Part shown: one piece after another, positions 40,901 through 54,360 of the stretch
Layout of the letters: each line of letters starts with the position of its first letter
Numbering within the stretch: the stretch's first letter is position 1
Source: Obrimoposthia wandeli
Taxonomy: Eukaryota
Length of the DNA stretch: 64,000 bases
Reading direction: 5' to 3'
Assembly: GCA_977020255.1 (NCBI GenBank)
Contig: CDROCS010005195.1
Span: 62,001 to 126,000, forward strand
Made by a program: the position numbers and the translations under genes
The notes under the pieces: model-generated
Database searches by the model: none
Told to the model about the DNA's origin: nothing
What the model saw: the letters and a program-made list of their open reading frames with translations, nothing else

Positions 40901-42736
40901 GGTGTGCTTTGTTTCTGTCTAATTAGAAGAATTTGGTTTAAATCTGACTGTTTGAGGCTGCAAAAATTCACCAAACTTGTTATGTTACACGTGTGAAGAG
41001 TTCTTTTCAAAGAAGACTAAAGGAACTGTCTGAAATATTAAAAAACCGTATAATTTGTATCCACTTCTGCCGAAATCTTGAAAGTCGGTAGAGGGGAAGA
41101 AAATTCCATACGTTTTGGTATTCTCCGTACCTGGCGTGAGTCCTCAGACTATCTCACTGCCAGCTACTTTTGTATGATGGAGTATTTTGATATCCCATAA
41201 TCTATAGCACATATTCCTCAAAACATGGCAGGAACGTGCTCCTACTACCCCAAACAAGCTGACATAATTATTAAATATTTCAGAAATCAGAATCTAAATT
41301 GTCTCAAAAATATATCCTTACGGTGAATTTGAATTCAAAAAGCCTAAAATGGAATTTAAAATTTTACGTAATTAAGTAAAATTAATTCTTTGATTCAACA
41401 TTCAAATATCTTTCTGGGAAACTTCTGTATACCTCCTTTGAGCCATTTTCTATAATATTAAGATTCTAAGTGTTTATTATTTTATTCTGACCTTGATATC
41501 GAATTAGAATAAGTAAGGAGGATATACGATTGTTTATTGGGTAAATTACAAATTGATGAATTTTGAAAATCCAATCTTGAACTAGATAAAAATTTACGAA
41601 TTTTGGTTGCATTACTCGGAAATAAAACCTAATATAGCATGTTACTAGATTTGGAAGAAAATATAAATAATGAACTTGTATTTGATAAATAGCAAACAAA
41701 AATGTTTTAAAAAAAAATTATTAACAAAAAATATATATATTCAGTAATACCTCACGTAACGAACTCCCGCTTAACGAACTCCCGCATTAACGAACCAAAT
41801 AGAAAATGTAAGTGAAAATCAATTGTTTGCTACCGTGAAATTTATAATGAGAGGAAAAAAAGTATTTTAATCAAAAAACTCTTGATGAAATTTTTATTAA
41901 AAAAAGAAGCGATATCTACTCCATCGACGTCAAAGGAACAAAGGAATACAAACGAGAAAGAAGTCGATTGACGAAAGTGAAACTGCAATGAGCAGTATAT
42001 AATTTGTCTTCTTATTATGCTTGGAAATATATTTTATATCTATGATTATTATTTTTTGCTTTACTGTTATTTCTATGATGTATTAAATCATTTTCATTCC
42101 TATATTATAGTCTTATGTAATATATTTTCATGTCAAATTTCATCAGCAATAACGTAACCATGGTTTTTACATTATATCTATGTAAACTAGACTCCCACTT
42201 AACGAACAAGCACTCAGAACGAATTGGTTCGTTAAAGTGAGGTTTAACCGTATATAGAGAAAATAGACTATGTAGTTTAACTTAGAACATTTGGGGCCTA
42301 TCTAATCTTAAGTCACTCATTTCCTTATACAATGTGGAACACACATATTTTAGTGTGAAATTCAGTTTGACGAATTTTGAAATCTTTTATAACTTATTGG
42401 TGTTACATTTAATTTGAAACTCAAACAAAAGTAACTTTTGTCTCAAAACTATCTCCAACCTTTATGCTTAGATATATCGATGAGATTGTACGCTGCTCTG
42501 CATAGATTCAAGGCTGCTTCCACAATAGAAATTGGATTTCCAACAAAATTGAAAATTGTCCGATTATTTGTGGGACTAGAATCAACGTCTAATAAGATGA
42601 CCCCATCTACTGCAGATATGGCTGATGCACATGTCTCGATTACCTATTCAGAAATTTAATAATAAATATTAAAAAAATTTACGTCTTTATTTCGTCCTTC
42701 GGAAATGTTAGGAGTACAGAGAATGTTGTAATTCAT
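13979..42736 (-). CDS. FTCD: Formimidoyltransferase-cyclodeaminase homologue, 12 exons, 556 aa
   Basis: Exons (minus): 42736-42683, 42643-42460, 40485-40357, 36861-36770, 36690-36511, 27646-27509, 18701-18570, 17105-16866, 16094-15927, 15887-15841, 14531-14291, 14044-13979. All introns GT-AG, phases compatible, 1671 nt with no internal stop. Motifs CTPNISEGRN, GATLVGARKFLVYFNINLLGT, GSQLVGAVPL, TPGLGSVA. Confidence 0.95.
17695..17967. mobile_element. Tigger/pogo-type MITE in FTCD intron 7
   Basis: TA-flanked TIRs CACCGAAACCTCGATTTGCGTCGTTT / AAACGATGCAATTCGAGGTTCTGGTG; TTGCGTCG repeated internally. Confidence 0.88.
19300..22084 (-). mobile_element. Decayed Ty3/Gypsy internal region in FTCD intron 6
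   Basis: Minus-strand fragments CEDYRALK...YPLPLIYDI...LDLKSAY, NINDILIAS, FLGCVL, TTDASNLATGAVL, integrase remnants and LEPKYAGPY near 19400. PBS-like TGGTGTGAGAA at 22081-22071. Confidence 0.88.
22085..22416 (-). repeat. Putative 5' LTR of the intron-6 Gypsy element
   Basis: Minus strand TGTGAT...CCTACA, then 3 nt and a TGG-initiated PBS resembling tRNA-Leu PBSs. Confidence 0.55.
26792..27184. mobile_element. hAT-family MITE with perfect 8-bp TSD
   Basis: TIRs CAGGGTGTCTTAACCT / AGGTTAAGAACCCCTG; TSD CCCTACAT at 26784-26791 and 27185-27192. Confidence 0.93.
28260..28900 (-). mobile_element. Possible non-LTR (LINE) RT remnant
   Basis: Minus-strand fragments loosely resembling YRPISLL...SKI.EKIV and LND-K..LCVSL; heavily decayed. 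Confidence 0.3.
28900..30380 (+). mobile_element. Decayed Ty3/Gypsy pol in FTCD intron 5 (antisense to host)
   Basis: LDLKSTYL, YCYIDDIVV, VWCDASNIALG, HINVAELAAV, PQRNGIVERNHRTIKRM. Confidence 0.85.
39804..40140 (-). mobile_element. Tc1/mariner transposase N-terminal fragment
   Basis: HTH-like ORF 40136-39900 with KDRPRSGRP; TA-CAGTG TIR-like end near 39804. Confidence 0.6.
41742..42250. mobile_element. Tigger/pogo-type MITE in FTCD intron 2
   Basis: Ends CAGTAATACCTCACGTAACGAAC and GTTCGTTAAAGTGAGGTTTAACCG-TA; internal AACGAACTCCC repeats. Confidence 0.75.
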
Positions 42737-45090
42737 TTTCGAAATTTGACGATGGTAAAATATATAAAATTAAATAAATACAAATTTTAATATAGATTTC
42801 ACTGATTAATATAAACAAATGTATCACATTATTAGAAGTTAATAATAATTTCACTTTAAAGTACTTGGTTTTATTTGTATTATTAAATTATCCATGAATA
42901 CATTTTTCTGTTAAAATACGTTTCCTAAATTACAAACTAATAATGTACTATTTTAAACTATATAGCAAAAAATGTATTTCAACAGAAAAATATTAAAATA
43001 CAAAATGCTTTTAATACATATTGATAACCCATTTATGCAGAAATGAACACTAAAACATGTAATAAAATGTGTATTATGTCAGAATTTTTCATTCCCAGGT
43101 AAACTATTGAAGTACAATCATCAAACATACTTCTAAATAAATCCATGTATTTTAACAATATAAAAAGAAGTTTCAGATAAACTACATCATTTTGTTTGAT
43201 TCTACAAGCTATATTATGCTAACTAAAAAAAATCAAGGTTTTATTCTCTAATTTCTGTGCAATGTTAACCAAGGCCAAAACAAAAAAGCCATAGTTAGGT
43301 GCATATGATAGTAATGGGCTAATCTCTGATCTTATCGCTGTAGTCCGATATAGCTCCAACTTTAAAGTGCCATACACACTATCACCATTCCATGAATTCG
43401 TCCTTAGTGCTGATTCAGAGACAAACAGTGTCCATTATAATTCACAGTTGTCGAGATCCTAGTTCGAGACAATATCATTCAGAACCTCAAGAACTTATAT
43501 ACAAATTTAATTTGTGTGTGTGTTATTTTTAATTAAAATCTGAAGAATATTTATGAATCTTATTTCTCAAAAATAATTTATATATAAATAAAATAAATGA
43601 ATTTAAATTGTTTAAAATAACATGATACGGAAAAAAAGAGTCAACAAATATGTGCTAACAAACAGCTGTGCCTCAACTGCAATTGTGAATAGACTTAAGT
43701 TAAAAAGAAGACATCTCAGGATCCCGATGAAGATTATAGAATATTTAACTCATTAAACTCACACACTCTAAATTATTATCAACTTTGTTTTCAACTTTGC
43801 ATAACTTGTGACTGATTTCTGAAAGATTTATGACACCCAGGTCATAATATTTATAATTATTGTAATAAATTAAGGATTCATTATTTCTTTTTATTTTTAT
43901 ATTTCTAAAAAATTTAATATAGTTTTAATATTAAGTAACGTTCAAAAAGATATTCTATACTGTATTTTTTTGCAATTTATTGTAATTGAATTTTACGATT
44001 AAATTTTTAAATTGATCGAAGGCCAATAGCTTAAATTTAAAAAACACTTATGGTTCAACTACAACTTGGTACAAAAATGATAACATTATTTGTCGTTACA
44101 AACTCTAAAATCGATAGTCGCAAATGAAACACATATTCGCAAGCCAATACTTTAGTGTTAACTTCAAATAAATGCAAGTAGACAATGGGTTATGTCTGTT
44201 ACAACAGAAAGATTTCAACTTTTTATAAATGAAATCAAAAAGTGAATTACAGAAAATGTTGACATATACAATCTGATTTACAAATATTACGGGGTTTTCT
44301 AAGGAACTCTTTTAGAATCCGTGCATGGAGGCCCCAATGTGTGTTCTATAGAGATAAGACTTAAAGATCGTCGTGGCCTACCTAGTTGAATCGAAATCTG
44401 AAGTTGTATTTATGCTACATGAAGAGTTATGTTCCTGTTATAAGAATATTCCTGGAAACTAATGTGGTTCAATGTGAGACTATATTACAGCCGGTTAAGT
44501 CAACTATTAACTTCTACTCAAATAAAGTCTGGCTGAGTCTAAACAAGAAAAATCCACAAGTTATCAGCCGTATAACTCTGATACAAAGTGACCATATCGA
44601 TGTACAGCCCATGTAGCATTCACACAGGTTGGACTTCAGTCCTCCTATAAAGTTAGAGTTTTTTAATTTAACCCTTCGACTATGTTGAGTTGCAAAAAAA
44701 ATTCGGTTAAGAACAAAGTCTACAGCCTTCTAAGAACCTTCTACAGCAGCACATTCTACATCAGCTGCAATTGCCTCAACTTCAGCAGCACCAACAACTT
44801 TTAATATAAATAGTTGTCTTCCCATTCAATTAGGGGGATGTTTGTCAGCGACAGTAGGAAGAAAGAGGCGAGGTCAAATTCCTAATAAGGTCCCACCAAA
44901 TAAATGTAGGGAAAACGGTGCTACTATAGAGTATCACTTAAATAATAAATATGTTATAGTTCAGGTGCTATTAAGAAATAAAATTTTATTAAACGTAGGT
45001 GTAGATTCAAATATTGAAAGTATTTTAAAATCTGAAGTAACTAAATTAGGTCAGGCTAAGGTTAAATTTTGCGCAACAGACAGTTTAAAA

Positions 45091-45340
45091 ATGTCAATAA
45101 GGAGTCTAAAACTTGGGTAATTTCACATAAAGCAACTTTTTTTATGATAATTTTGTAACTGAAATTGGAAGAAACCTAGAAGAAAAAATTGCTAATCTGA
45201 AGTAACTACAGACTAGGTTCAAGAAAAAAAAAATGTCAATGAAGAGTCTAAAACTTGGGTAATTTCACATAAAGCAATTGTTTTTTATGATAATTTTGTG
45301 ACTGAAATTAGAAGAAACCTAGAAGAAAAAAATGCTAATT
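45091..45340. repeat. Local direct duplication (~110 bp x2)
   Basis: ATGTCAAT(A/G)A(G/A)GAGTCTAAAACTTGGGTAATTTCACATAAAGCAA...GAAGAAACCTAGAAGAAAAAA.TGCTAAT at ~45091 and ~45234. Confidence 0.9.
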
Positions 45341-45419
45341 ATAGCGAGTTAAGTAGTGGATGAACTCTAGTTAGAATTCAAGATGTTAGCTTTGTTCTAA
45401 CAAAGTTCACTGACATGAT

Positions 45420-45900
45420 ATATCTTTCGGGGAGTTCATACATTCCTTCACCTAGATCTCTTCAACTTTCACGTTCCATTGTTAACGTACAAAACAGTGA
45501 TAACCTTTGCTTTCTGTATAGCGTGTTGGCCATCCTCAAAGGGGTGTAATTACTGAGCACAGAGAGCGTGTCAGTAAATATATCCCTTTTTTAAATGAGT
45601 TTTAGTATCGTGGAATAAATTTTCCTGTTAACTTAACTGTGATATCAAGATTTGAACACATTAATAACTTGAGTATTAATGTATTCAAATGTAATACTTA
45701 TGTCCCAGTTAATGTATCAGATGAAGAATTTTTTAAAATCCTTTTGTAGATGTAATTTATAGGAGTAAAAATGAGGGGACTCCGGTCAACTTAATTTTGC
45801 TCGAACAAAATAAGAAATTCTACTATGCTGCAATTCAAATTTAGATCGTCTTCTAAATTTAGATAATGGATCCTACCGGTTAGGATAAGGTGTAAGTGGT
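45420..45900 (+). mobile_element. Second Maverick/Polinton pPolB N-terminal remnant
   Basis: GSSYIPSP...IVNVQNSDNLCFLYSVLAIL...FPVNLTVISRFEHINNLSINVF; same family as 9980-10450. Confidence 0.7.
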
Positions 45901-46329
45901 GTCATAGATGTTTGCATGTATTCCGATCCGAGCTCTCTTACAGCAAACATCTGACATAATTTACACTGAATCCTGATGACAATACGCTATATGGCATGCC
46001 TAAGGATAAGGATTTAAAATCCAGGGATCGGGCAAAATGTATACCCATGGAATTCAGGGTGTATGCTGATCAATTCTAGCATTGCACGACCAGTATGAGA
46101 GTATTCACCGACCGGTTTCGGCAGGACTAATATTCTTAGGCCTCAATTTAACTCAATATCATGAATTTTCCGATTCAAATTGTATTTTAGATTTTATGTT
46201 AAAATTAGAAGAATTAGGAACCAATATGGTATGATTTTAATGCTCATCAAGCAATGATCCTGACAGAATATAGACTGGGTTAATTTTAATTCTAGTATAT
46301 CATGTTATTTGTGTGGTACTCAGTCTAAG

Positions 46330-48409
46330 TTAGTCAGAGTTACAGGGCGATACTTGGGAGTGGCGTGCAACCTCTGTAACATTAGCCGTCGACTCAGAAA
46401 GTTGAATAAGAATCGATTATTAAAAGACGACTATTCAACGGTAATAGAAAATTGTATGACTAAAGGATACATAAAAATGTTAACGCTAGATAAAGAGTAA
46501 AAACAAAGTGGTTATTACTTCACTTTCCAGTGGTAAAAAAGGAAAAAAGTGAGAATAGTCTTTGACGCAGCGGGGAAAAGTAATAATATGAGTCTAAATG
46601 AGGCAACCCATTGTGGTCCCGATCTGCAAGGAGACCTTATTGCAATTATTTTGCGATTCCGAAGGAATGCAATAGCGTTAGTGTGTGACGTTTCAGAGAT
46701 GTACTTACAGATCAAGGTATGTAAGGAAGACCGGGCATGGCTAAGGTTCTATGGAGAATAGAGAGAACCAGAGGGAAATGTATGAATTTCAGAGAGTAGT
46801 CTTTGAAATAAATGCTTCACTGTTCTTAGCTCAACTGGTAACCCGAGTAAACGCAGAAACTTTTAAAGTGAAGTACCCAAGAGCCAGTGAGACAATTTTG
46901 CAATCAACCTACATGGACTATAGTCTATATTCAGTGTCTTCAGTAATCGAAGCAGATCAGCTAAAATATCAGTTGATGGAAATATGGGTGAATGCAGGGA
47001 TGATTACAAGGAAGTGGATTAGCAATAGCCCAGAGTTTAATGAAAAATACCTCTTTCAGAAAGATCAAATGTATTACAATTAGATGACAAAGGGGTAATT
47101 TAACAGTAAAGACATTAGGCGTACACTGGGATGCCAAATCCGACAATTTTTTCATAGTAACAAAATTTGACGAAGTCGACGACATAACCAAACGATCTTT
47201 CTTAAGCCTTTTGTCAAAAGAGTTTGATCCATTAAGTTTTGTTAGCCCGATAGTCATCAGAGCCAAAATTATTATGCAGGAAGTCTGGCTTACAGGGTCG
47301 GATTTGGATCAAAAAGTAAATTAAGAATTAACTAGGAGAATAGTACAATAGATAGCAGATTGAAAGCGATTGAAAGAGATCAAGATTCCGAGATGGATGA
47401 TAACGAGTGAGAAACAGCAAGAAATTCACGTATTCGTGGATGCTTCGACTACCGCGTATAGTGCAGTGGCATACATGCGTAATGAAGACGCAGGCAGAGT
47501 GATGATGCGATTGATGGCAGCTAAAAGTAGAGTTGCCCCAGTGACAATAAAAAGTGTACCCAGGTTAGATGAACCCAGGCAATGATTGGAGTGAAGTTAG
47601 CACAAACAATATGGGAAGCCTTAAATTATATAGAAGTAAAAACAACATTTTGGTCGGACAGCAAGAACGTATTATGATGGATACGCCAGCCGGAAAGAGA
47701 CTACAACCCCTTTGTAACCAACCGATTGAGGATGATCCAAGAGGACACTGATATAAAGCTTTGGAGGTATGTGCCCACGAAGCTAAATCCAGCAGATATA
47801 CTATCGCGGGGAGTCGATGTACAGCTATTGATTGGTGAGACAATTTGGTGGGAAGGACCGGAGTACCTAAAGGAACAGAAAGAAAATTGGCCAGTTAATT
47901 TAGATTTAGAAGAAATACAGTCAGATAAAGAGAAAAAGAAACGGTACAAAGAAGTAACAATGTTCATACAGGAAGTAAACTGGTTCAAGATAGAGACTTA
48001 TTTTGACTTAACAAGATTGAAGAGAGTCTTAGCTTGGATACTACGATTTGCACGAAATATAAAGTTACCTCGAAATCGCAGACTTGTAGGCGAGCTGAAG
48101 ATGGATGAAGTGGAAGAAGGGATGCAGTTGTTGATATAGCATGAACAAATTCAGTATTTCTGCATGGAATACCAAAGGTTAATAAAGAAGAAAGAGATAG
48201 AGAGAACAAGCTCATTATTAAAGTTGAAACCGTGGGTTGATGAAAAAGAAATAATCAGAGCCAATACCCAAATTATTAACGCTGAGTTTTTAGATAATGA
48301 CACAAAATATCCCATAGTGTTATCGGAAAAGAGTTGGCTGACTAGATTAATCATAAAAGAAACACACGAGAGGTTACGACATTACGCCGGGGTAAGTGGG
48401 GAGATGTGA
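46330..48409 (+). mobile_element. Decayed Bel/Pao retrotransposon pol, truncated at the start of integrase
   Basis: RIVFDAA, GPDLQ..L..I.LRFR, DVSEMYLQI, STYMD, HVFVDASTTAY, AKSRVAP, WRYVPTKLNPADILSRG, WWEGP, RVLAWILRF, HERLRHYAG. Confidence 0.93.
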
Positions 48410-48850
48410 TGACTTCGACTCAAGGCAATAGGTCCCCCCTGAAGTAGATCAAATTTCTCCCGAGTAGGCCTATTGTAGGTCAATTTTCTGACGAGTAGAC
48501 ATGTTGGAGGTCAAATTTCTCCCGAGTAGTGCGCAAAAATAATAATGATATTTGCGCCCGGTGGGCGTGAATTGTGATCGCCCTGAAGGGCGCGTTGTGG
48601 CGGTTGGGGCGATTTTTTTTGGGTGGCGGAACCCCTCTATTCGTTGCTTTTTTCAATTTTTTTAATATTTTCACTCCACACACATGCACGGTTTTAAAGA
48701 ACAGTGGTACACCCCTTAGGGGAGAGAGAAGGGGTGGATTAGACCGAACATATACACCTACTACGCTAAATTATTACGGAATTCTACACAGTTTTCAAAA
48801 TATTATTAAATTCGAAATAATATATGAGACGATCTAAACTCCCCTTGGCC
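48410..48850 (-). repeat. Element terminus copy A: three 31-bp-spaced repeats, GC hairpins, conserved blocks
   Basis: G(G/A)TCAA(A/T)TTTCT(CC/GA)CGAGTAG at 48447, 48478, 48509. Hairpins 48531-48557 and 48579-48592. Blocks 48669-48704 and 48737-48762 are inverted homologues of 60231-60266 and 60186-60211. Confidence 0.8.
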
Positions 48851-50249
48851 GACAACTTCTCACCTTACTCTAATCCGTCTATAATCCTCTGGTTGGTCTA
48901 CGGAGTTCGGTTGCTGCCTCAGTTGGGATTCCTGCGTCTGGTTATCCTTCGTCGGAATTGTTGTCCTCCTCGATTTGGCTGTCCCGATTGTTTTCGGTCG
49001 CGACAGGTACTCTGGAAAATGTTGGATAAATAATAAAGCGTATAAGAGCTTCGCTAGTCGAAAGAAATTGGATAGAAATTGATAGATGTAAAATAGTTTT
49101 GATCAGTTAAAGTTGATTTTTCAATGAAGAGTGAGGTCAGATTGGGAAAAGTAGTGGGGTGGTGGTTCTCATGTAAGAAAGTGTGTGTGTACTTCGATAT
49201 ATAATCATCGATATATAATCATTGGATAGGGGCATTAGAAGATGAATTGGAGGAAATTAGCGTTTTAAAATAATTTATCAATGATGAAGTGAACCTATTT
49301 TGATTTTTGTCCGGCGTAAGGAAAGGATTTTCCTTTGAAGAGTTGAAACTATAGAAGTTTGAAGAAGGAGACTACAGCTAGGTTGATTAGGTTTGGGTTG
49401 GCTGGCATTGGGTAAGGGGTAGGAAGAGCAATAGGAACTAATCAAGTCCACAGTATGATATGGTGTTCTCCTACGACTATGAAGGTTTTATGACAAGCAG
49501 CCTTGAAGAGACGTCATCGTCAGACCATTTTGAATCGCACAATTTAAAGGAAAAACATGATTTATGATTGTTGTAATTTATGATTTTCAATAGCTATGAT
49601 CCGGAGGGTAAAATTATCAAAATAAATGGTACTTGTAAGTGGCATGATGTGTTAGTCTCACTGTTTTTTGTTTTCCGTTTGAGTCGATTGCTTTTCTTTG
49701 ATTTTTTCGTCTGTCCGATTTGTATTTGCAGGAGCGATATTTGGGTAAATGTTACCTTATTCCGCACGAGCTCATATACTGATCCAACTTTGCTGCTGTT
49801 GTTGATAAAGTGGAATGCCGTATGAACCTCTAATTGTGAATGCCTTTTATATGAAATATTAAACAGAGATTAAATTGAGTATTAAATAATCCCTCAACTT
49901 TAAGTCGAAAGAAAATTGGGTACTATCGCACTTCAGCGCCCCCCTCCCCAAATGAAAATTTTATATAACACTTCTTTTTTTTAATTGAAATTTTTCCAAA
50001 ATTTTAAATACTGTAATTGTTTTTAATTTATTCATTTTCATGAAGATTATAAGCATAATTAATGTAATTCCTTTCAGATGTAGAATTTTACTTTTATAAT
50101 TATATCGAATATTCATTAATATGGTTAATACATTATTTATATTCGTTAAGGAGTGCTTATTATGTTTTCAAGTTTTTGAAATGATAATTGGTGGGTTCAA
50201 GAGCACTAGTACCGGAAATTGGTTTATGTTTCAAAAAATCAATTTCTTT

Positions 50250-51230
50250 AAACATAGTACCGATTAGATAAAAATTACCGTCTCTAACCAAAATTTCATT
50301 GCTGTTTCATTCATTGATCCTCCTTTCGCAACAGTCACGACACTGCTGTTAAGAATTTTCAAATATTTAAGAACTTTCTTTAATTCTTTGAAGATAACCA
50401 TGCTCTTTAGAACTTCCCCGTCATTGCATTCGCAAGAACGACGGTTTACCTTTTCTTTGACGCTCCTGTACCAACAACTTCGATAGATTTTGTTACTATA
50501 GATATTTAAAAATTCGGTATTAGGAAATATTAGGAAATGTCAAAATAATATTTATACGGTATATCTCTTTATAAATTTACTATAATACATAATAAATTAT
50601 TTAGAAGAATTTATTTGCTGACCTTTGAAATTAATCGTTCTGTCGCGAGATATATCGAAATAACACGGCGTTCATTTGAAAAATTGTGTTTGTTAGAAAA
50701 TGTTCAGTGTAGCCATTAATCGATGATAACATGTTTTACGGAGTTTGAGCTTGTTCTTTGAGATTATCAAAAATCCTTTTCTGAGCTTTCTTTGTGATAG
50801 CGCGGCTTAAAATAAAAGTAACATTACGTTGAGATATAGGTATTTCTATTTCGATAAGAAGAAAATTTAATAAGTTATATTTAACAAATATATCACCTTG
50901 TCAGATTGTTTCTCTTCAAGTATCGATCCAATTAGCTATGTATTTCTTTAAAATATTTGTTGTAGTGTTCATCAGCTAGTTTTGTTCCATTTTCTGTGAT
51001 CATTCAATAAGAAATACAACTTTTTGCGAAACGTTCTTTATAAATCTTCTCAGTGAGTTTATATTCAATAATTCCAAACATTTGTTTTCATGTATATTTT
51101 TTCCTTTTCTAGTGTTTTTATTACTCAAACTTTTCAAAATTTCCTCATTTTCTTCCAATCTTGTAAACATTGTTGATCTGTTTAGTTCACGAGCAGTTGC
51201 TGAAAGATTGTTCTCTTCTAATTTATTCAA
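50250..51230 (-). mobile_element. Possible pogo/Tigger transposase remnant
   Basis: HTH-like KLEENNLSATARELNRST (51230-51000) and SKKR.TVVLANAMTGK near 50440; heavily decayed. Confidence 0.4.
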
Positions 51231-51795
51231 AGCACTGATTTTTGGTCTTTAATATAATAACTCTTTATTTTAGGCATATGAAATATTTGTTTGCTCTATT
51301 TCTAACAATATCTGGAAAATTAATTTTAAACAATATTATTTAGAAATCCATTATTTTTATAAAATTTACAATCCTTTTTGGCAAATGTTTATAATCTCAC
51401 CCACATCAATATGTAATTACCAATTATGTAATATATAAAATGTCATTATTCTTTAAAAATATGTAAAAAAGTATTAAAGCTCTCCATATATATTCAAATA
51501 AACTTCATTTCATAATACAGTAAATTCGAAAGAATTTTTGGAAATTATTGCTCAAAACATAAAGAAAAAATTATTTGAAATATATTGAATAATTGTCACA
51601 ATCAAGTTATGGTACGCAGTTTGTTATACATTACAAAATGAAATGCGTTATATCAAAACATTTTATAAAACGAATAAATGGGTTACTCAATTCCCAATTG
51701 TCTAAACGCTATATAAATACACCAATAACTTAACTAAAGCGGGTATACAATACTGAGCCCAAAGCACATAATATATTAAATACAGGTCACACAGA

Positions 51796-53137
51796 TCAGT
51801 TTGTCTCTCCGGCAGCAGTAGCTGGTTTCTTCTTGTTCTTGATGGGTTCTGCTAAAACGGCCTTGACTACAGCACTCTGGATTTTATGATCTGACTGGTA
51901 GATGCTGGAATCAAATGGCAACCCCGTCAACCGCATAGGGCCATTTGGCATCAGCAGCACCGTGTACTTGAAGTGGGCTACAGATTCTCCTTCCTTCTCA
52001 AACATGACCGGCAGAGCATCCACGAGACCATGTTTACAGCATTCAATGACAGCAATTTTAGCCTTTGTCTGATCCAAGAACGAACGAAGAGTGAAGGGAT
52101 ACCCCACATACTTATTGGTAACATCACTAAAGAATTCTAAAAAGAAAATTTGTAATTAGAATTAAAAAAAGATACTTACGCCTTGAAGCCTTCAGCTTTA
52201 GATTGTACGTATCCGCTCCGATATTTCTTTTATATACAGTAGTCTTTGCATCACGTTCTTTCACTTTGCCATCTCCAGATGTTACAATTACATCAACAGT
52301 CCAAACTTGATTGACTTCGAAATTAACCTGTTCTGCACTCTTTTTTTGTTCTTCGGAGGGATTAACACTAAAAGTCTTTGCATTTTCATAGATGTCTTTC
52401 TGGAATCCATTGACAACACAATCTAAACAATAATATTGTATCTCATGATTGAAACTAACTTTCTAAAACTTTGCATTCAAATTCAGCCGCTGTATTTATT
52501 ATAGGTTCAGAAACGTCTTTGTTCTATATAATTTTAAAATTATACATGTGGCATATTAATCTTACATTTTTTCCTGGTTTAATTAATCGCAATGCAGCTT
52601 CAGCGCAATTATATGCAGCTAAAATAGCGTCAGCCTTGCGACCAGCAATTTTGTTATCTTTTGATGCTCCTACAACAAATGTGTGACCAACAACAGCCGC
52701 ATAACCATCAACTTGGACACCAACATCACTTAATATATCATTAAAATAATTGCAGTAAATAAATTATACATTTTAATCATATCGTTTTTCTCGATAATCT
52801 CGTCAGTTTGATCCAGAAGAGGTGAGAAGTTGCAGACTACATTATTACGGGAGATGCATGTTGGAAACGCAACACCCTTCTTGACATCTTTGTCTTTCTT
52901 GAAAATTTTAGCAGTCTCTTCCGCAATTCTGTCATCACCAAAAATGCAAAGACTCAGTACACTTGATCCAGGTTCGCATTTTTTAATGAGTTCCTTCAAA
53001 ATTTCTAGAATTTTTTAAAATAAAAGAGAAAACAATGACTTACTCTGTGTAATTTCAGCCGACATTTTATATTTGTTTAAGATGGTATCATCTTCCAAAT
53101 TATTTAATTCGACATCAGATTCACTATCGCTGGACAT
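51796..53137 (-). CDS. PA2G4: Proliferation-associated 2G4 / EBP1, 6 exons, 379 aa
   Basis: Exons 53137-53044, 53004-52770, 52728-52566, 52523-52460, 52422-52180, 52136-51796. GT-AG introns of 39, 41, 42, 37 and 43 nt. Motifs KGVAFPTCIS, DVGVQVDGY, YPFTLR, EGESVAHFKYTVLLMPNG. Confidence 0.97.
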
Positions 53138-54360
53138 TTTCGATAAAAACACACTTAATTTTCAAAAACGGTGGTATAATATTTGATTTAAACAAAAGTA
53201 GAAAGTATTGGATAATTTTAATAATTAACAAGAAACTGATTTGCTCAAATTAACGTATTTTCGATTTAATTTAATTCATTTTAATTTAAAACACAAAAAA
53301 ACTTCAGAAATAAAATTGTTTGTCGTGTTCATGCACTAATAAATTTTACCAATATTGCAGATTGATTTTTTTCATTATTTTCAATTTTTATTATGAATAC
53401 CTTTTTTGCTTATTCAAGAATTAGTAATTACTGTTTATGGTTCAATTATTAGAGTTATAAGGTTTTAAAAATACATCAAAATATACATTCAGAATAATCT
53501 ATATAAAATATTTATATAGTATGAAATATTTAATTATAGATTAAAAACATTAAAGAAGACATTTTCTAGAATTTAATAAAATTTATTTAAAATTAATTAT
53601 GATTATTTTGATAAAATAATTTAATAAATAAAAAGATTTTATCTTTGAAAGAAAGTGCTAAGGTCTGTAAATTTATGTTTTTATCAACAATCTTTACTTA
53701 CATATTCCTAGAATTAAAATAAAAGAGTATATATATATTATTATTATATAATTAAACTTACTTTTTGGCAAAAAATATAAGTATTATTACAATTTACTGT
53801 TAAACTTTTTATTTTAAAATGTGTTTCAATAATTAAATGTATAAATTGCTTATAATAACTATAGAAAATTGTATTATTAATTTTATAATAAAACTTTTAA
53901 TATTAGAGCTTTCTTCTTTATTTCGACGGCTGTTTTTCACTATCAAATTTACTTAATATAATTAAGCTTTTTAATTAAGTTACTAAATCTAAAAAGCTTT
54001 CTGATGTTAAATTTAAAAAGACAAGAACCTTTTAGATATTATTCATAATTCCAAATTTTAATGTAAGAAAATTACGGTGTTTGAATTTTTTAAAAGATTT
54101 TTTGAATTTAAAATGTTCGGTACATCCCACACTGCCAGTTCTGTTTACTAAAATTGGCTCACTAGCTATTTGTATTAAGCTTTGTGATTTCAATAAAGAA
54201 ATCCACACATCTTAACCATTTAAAGTTTGAAAATAAGTTAAGGTATTTTTAAATTTATTTCAAACTAACCAATACTTTTTGAATAAATTTTATTTCTGAA
54301 CAATTTTTATCTATAGTCCAAATAAAATTTTATAAATACGTACAATTATAAAATAAGACT

